The notes under the pieces were generated by a model, which did no database searches, had not been told where the DNA came from, and saw nothing but the letters and a program-made list of their open reading frames with translations. This document shows, in pieces, positions 60,678 through 64,000 of a stretch of 64,000 nt of DNA. A program made the position numbers and the translations under genes. Numbering within the stretch: the first letter of the stretch is position 1; each line of letters opens with the position of its first letter. Source of the DNA: Thermoproteota archaeon (GTDB lineage Archaea; Thermoproteota; Methanomethylicia; Methanomethylicales; Methanomethylicaceae); assembly GCA_029887765.1 (NCBI GenBank), contig JARXPF010000001.1:488-64487 (forward strand). The letters run 5' to 3'.

Positions 60678-61477
60678 TTTCCTGATTTATCTAATGCTTT
60701 AGCAACACCAGCAAATTCTGCAATTCCTGGTGTACCTACAGTAGTAACTAAAATCAAATTCTTCTCTCTTGCAACTTCAGATATCATTTGAAATTCTCTA
60801 AGACGAAGTGCAATTGGATTCTTTTCATAAAGTTTTGCAGCTTCACTCATTCTCTTTGCAGCTTCATATTCTCCTTCTGCAATTATTACTCTTGATCTTC
60901 TTTCTCTCTCAGCTTCAGCTTGTTTTGCCATTGCTCTTTGTAATGATTCAGGTAAAACAACATCTTTTATAACTACAGCTGTAACTTTTATTCCCCAAGC
61001 ATCAGTTGGAATATCTAAAGCCATTTGAAGTTTTTGATTTAATTCTTCTCTTTTTACTAATAAATCATCAAGAGTTGCTTGTCCAATAGTATCTCTTAAA
61101 GTTGTTTGTGCAAGTAGATTTGTAGAAAGTACATAATTTTCTACATTAACAATGGCTTTTACAGGATCATAAACTCTATAATAAACCACGGCATCAACTT
61201 GAACAGTTACATTATCTTTTGTTATTATTGTTTGTCTTGGTACATCAAAAGTAAGGACTCTTAAGTCTACTCTTCTAAATGTATCAACAAATGGAATTAT
61301 AAAGAATATTCCTGGACCTTTTGTACCTAGTAGTCTTCCTAATCTAAATATGACAGCTCTTTCATATTCCTTAACTATCTTTATAGCAGAAGCTAAGAAC
61401 CAAAGTATTATAACTAATATAATAATATACACAAGAAAGTTTGCTATAGTAGGAATTATTTGTTGAATTGGAATCAA
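60674..61477 (-). CDS. Slipin/stomatin (SPFH domain) protein
   Basis: EYERAVIFRLGR, ITKDNV, AQTTLR, AKQAEAERERR. Confidence 0.93.
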   Translation of the reverse strand: MIPIQQIIPTIANFLVYIIILVIILWFLASAIKIVKEYERAVIFRLGRLLGTKGPGIFFIIPFVDTFRRVDLRVLTFDVPRQTIITKDNVTVQVDAVVYYRVYDPVKAIVNVENYVLSTNLLAQTTLRDTIGQATLDDLLVKREELNQKLQMALDIPTDAWGIKVTAVVIKDVVLPESLQRAMAKQAEAERERRSRVIIAEGEYEAAKRMSEAAKLYEKNPIALRLREFQMISEVAREKNLILVTTVGTPGIAEFAGVAKALDKSGK

Positions 61478-61521
61478 ATTTGGACCTCCTCAAGAAATAT
61501 TATAAAACAGAAATATATTCT

Positions 61522-61641
61522 CTACTCTTGAGGTTCCCATAAATAAAGCGACCTTTCCCAAACTACATCAATTCTATTACGCAATTTCTTTTTATTTCTT
61601 CTAGGAATTTTCTTTTTTAATACTAACAATTTAGTCTCCAT
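61522..61641 (-). CDS. Putative 39-aa basic small protein (METKLLVLKKKIPRRNKKKLRNRIDVVWERSLYLWEPQE)
   Basis: ATG 20 nt below TTATATAT (61669-61662), i.e. leaderless geometry; fills the intergenic gap; not in ORF track. Confidence 0.45.
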   Translation of the reverse strand: METKLLVLKKKIPRRNKKKLRNRIDVVWERSLYLWEPQE

Positions 61642-61694
61642 TAAATATATTATTTGTCGAAATATATAATGATTTCCTTCGGCTTTTATCTTAG

Positions 61695-62738
61695 TTAAAT
61701 TCGTCTTTTGTCTAATATAATTCTACGTAGTACTTCTGCCATAATTTCATAAGTTCTATCAATTTTACCAAAAATGTTTGACCCTGCATTATAAACATCA
61801 AATTCCATAATATCTGCACCAATAATTTTAGATTTTGACTTATTTATACATGAAATTAGAGAATATAATTCATTATGTGATATTCCTAAATAATCTAAAA
61901 ATCTCGCACCTTTAATTGAAACATTAGCACAAATATCTACATCAATAGAAATATAAGTATAAGGAAGAGAAGTATTTGAAATAATTTTACATACATCATC
62001 AAAATGCTTTTTTATATCATCTTTTTTAATAATATGGACTTTAGACTCTTCTATACTTTTATAAAATTCAACATATTTTTTTACTCTTTCATCATTTATT
62101 TCTTCAGCAATCTTAGGAGGATAATCACTTACACCGATTAGGAAAATATTTTCTGGAGGCAATTCTTTTGAAATATAATTTAGAAAAGAATCTGCATTAT
62201 AACTATCTGGTCTATTGTAGATATATGGGTCATAAGGAGAGAATTTTGTATTTGGATTATTTTCTAAATCATAGTGTATAAGTCCACATCTTATTGTAGG
62301 TAATATGAAATCAGTATGACTATCAAATACTATTAATCTAATATTTTCATGACCATATTCTTTACATAATGCTCTTATAGCTCCACCTGAAAGTGAGTGA
62401 TCAACTCCTATTAAAATAGGAAAATCTGGAATTATATTTTTGTAAATATTTTCCATTAATTGATCAGCATATTCTTTACAACCATTCGAATCTATGAAAG
62501 TTACAATATTCTCTACAGTAACCATGAATATCATTTCTGAGGGGGGTGTAGGAGTAAGCCATAATTCTATATCATTTTTAATTAAATTAAAACGCTCTTC
62601 AAGTTGATTTAATATTCCAATAGCAGGATCTTTAAACAATACATTCCTATAATTTTCTTTACAAGCATTTATTTTCCTATTTATATAAGCAATTCTTTCA
62701 TCAGGATCTAATAAACCATTAATAAATTTAAAATTCAT
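61695..62738 (-). CDS. Divergent arginase/ureohydrolase-family protein
   Basis: GVDHS, DSHTD, SIDVD metal motifs, GADIME. Confidence 0.75.
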   Translation of the reverse strand: MNFKFINGLLDPDERIAYINRKINACKENYRNVLFKDPAIGILNQLEERFNLIKNDIELWLTPTPPSEMIFMVTVENIVTFIDSNGCKEYADQLMENIYKNIIPDFPILIGVDHSLSGGAIRALCKEYGHENIRLIVFDSHTDFILPTIRCGLIHYDLENNPNTKFSPYDPYIYNRPDSYNADSFLNYISKELPPENIFLIGVSDYPPKIAEEINDERVKKYVEFYKSIEESKVHIIKKDDIKKHFDDVCKIISNTSLPYTYISIDVDICANVSIKGARFLDYLGISHNELYSLISCINKSKSKIIGADIMEFDVYNAGSNIFGKIDRTYEIMAEVLRRIILDKRRI

Positions 62739-62754
62739 AAAAAAGAGAGAAAAA

Positions 62755-63996
62755 TTATTTTTTCTTTATTATAGGCTCAAGTATTTCAGTTATATCGAGC
62801 ATTTGCATTTTTGCCTTTGATGTATTTATAGCATCACTTAAGTTTCTCCAACAGAATGGACATACACTAGTAATCACTGATGCACCAGTAGATTCAGCTT
62901 CTTTTATACGTTTAACTGAAGTTTCAATTGAATAATCTGGATAACCTCCTCTAACACCACCACCAGCACCGCAACAGAATGCAAATTTTCTATTTCTATA
63001 CATTTCAACAAACTTTACACCAGGAATGGCTTTTAGTACATTACGTGGTGATTCATAAACTCCAGCATGTCTTCCTAAGTGACAAGGATCATGGTATGTG
63101 ACTATGTTATTAAAGCTTCCTTCGAATTCAATTTCACCTTTCTTAATCATGTCTTCTACTAATTGAATTGTATGAATTACTTTAACGCCTTCCATTTTTC
63201 CAAATTTATCTGTATAACCTTCTGGTGGTTCTTTCATATAATCAATTGATAACGTTCTATAACAACCAGCACATGTAGTTATAAAGCCACTTGCACCATA
63301 TTTTTCAGGAAGTTCTCTATTATGCTCTATGAATTCTTTTGCAATATTGTATTGACCAGTCCTTAATAATGGAGATGCACAACACCATTCATCTGGAACT
63401 ACTGTGAAGTCTACTTTTAATTTTTGAAGAAGTTTTACAGTAGCTAAGGCAATATTCTTTTGTCTATAAGATGCTGTACATCCTACAAAGTATATGTATT
63501 CAGCTTTCTTTGGAAGAGATTCTCTAATACTAATTGGTAACCAATTTAATCTATCTTCATGTTTTTCAAGATATGGATTCTTATTTGCTTGTATTGTAGA
63601 ACTCCATTTCTTCACACCTTCAGGTATGCCCATGTTAAACTTCCAAGCTTCACCCTTAAGAACTTCAAACATTCTTAGAAGATAGTCCTTTATATCAGTC
63701 TCACACATTTCTTTGCATGCACCACAACCTATACATGTGTAAATTACATGAGTGACTTTTTCAGACCATTGAATCATTCCACTAAGAAGACCTTTAGCAA
63801 GAGCTGCTTTTCCTTTAGATCCTCTATAGGCTTCAAATTGATATTTATCACCTTGAGGACATATCATAGCTGCAAAGTTTTCAGTAGCACCATATTCATA
63901 GCCATATTTACAATTTCCACATTGAGTACACATGGAAATTTTATCATAAAGTTGAGCTAATTCTTTCAAATCAGTATTTCTCAATACTAGAGCCAT
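62755..63996 (-). CDS. HdrD/GlpC-like Fe-S oxidoreductase (ferredoxin plus two CCG domains)
   Basis: CTQCGNC, CIGCGAC, YFVGC, WCCA, CAGC, YHDPCHLGR, CCGAGGG, CPFC. Confidence 0.88.
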   Translation of the reverse strand: MALVLRNTDLKELAQLYDKISMCTQCGNCKYGYEYGATENFAAMICPQGDKYQFEAYRGSKGKAALAKGLLSGMIQWSEKVTHVIYTCIGCGACKEMCETDIKDYLLRMFEVLKGEAWKFNMGIPEGVKKWSSTIQANKNPYLEKHEDRLNWLPISIRESLPKKAEYIYFVGCTASYRQKNIALATVKLLQKLKVDFTVVPDEWCCASPLLRTGQYNIAKEFIEHNRELPEKYGASGFITTCAGCYRTLSIDYMKEPPEGYTDKFGKMEGVKVIHTIQLVEDMIKKGEIEFEGSFNNIVTYHDPCHLGRHAGVYESPRNVLKAIPGVKFVEMYRNRKFAFCCGAGGGVRGGYPDYSIETSVKRIKEAESTGASVITSVCPFCWRNLSDAINTSKAKMQMLDITEILEPIIKKK

Positions 63997-64000
63997 TTTA

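Overview
Very AT-rich, gene-dense archaeal chromosome segment. Alba, GPN GTPase, PAC2, a LysW-type lysine pathway with RAM-fused homocitrate synthase, corrinoid plus MtmB-like methyltransferases, an HdrD-like protein and a Thermoproteota-style CRISPR repeat suggest an anaerobic Thermoproteota archaeon, most likely Methanomethylicia/Verstraetearchaeota-like (inference). The window opens at the degenerate end of a CRISPR array, followed by about 65 mostly housekeeping and metabolic CDSs. No tRNA, rRNA, IS element or cas gene was recognised. The most striking signal is at 43.9-49.3 kb (minus strand). Two adjacent solute-symporter operons, one led by a phenylacetate-CoA ligase and one by an HTH protein, both lack a properly positioned in-frame start codon. 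Each is instead preceded by a structured leader with SD-led uORFs ending in the same RF2-like motif: internal SD, NUU-U slippery codon, aromatic codon (Tyr/Phe), then stop. A +1 shift at this motif enters the downstream reading frame. This is a candidate aromatic-amino-acid-sensing programmed frameshift system, inferred and untested. Other notable items: a HerA-like ATPase with a coiled coil and 13 tandem Zn-finger-like repeats, tandem pyrrolysine-free MtmB paralogs sharing a 111-bp identical tract, an orphan NifB, a Trm9-Elp3 gene pair, a subfamily II IDH, and a lys operon without lysW.
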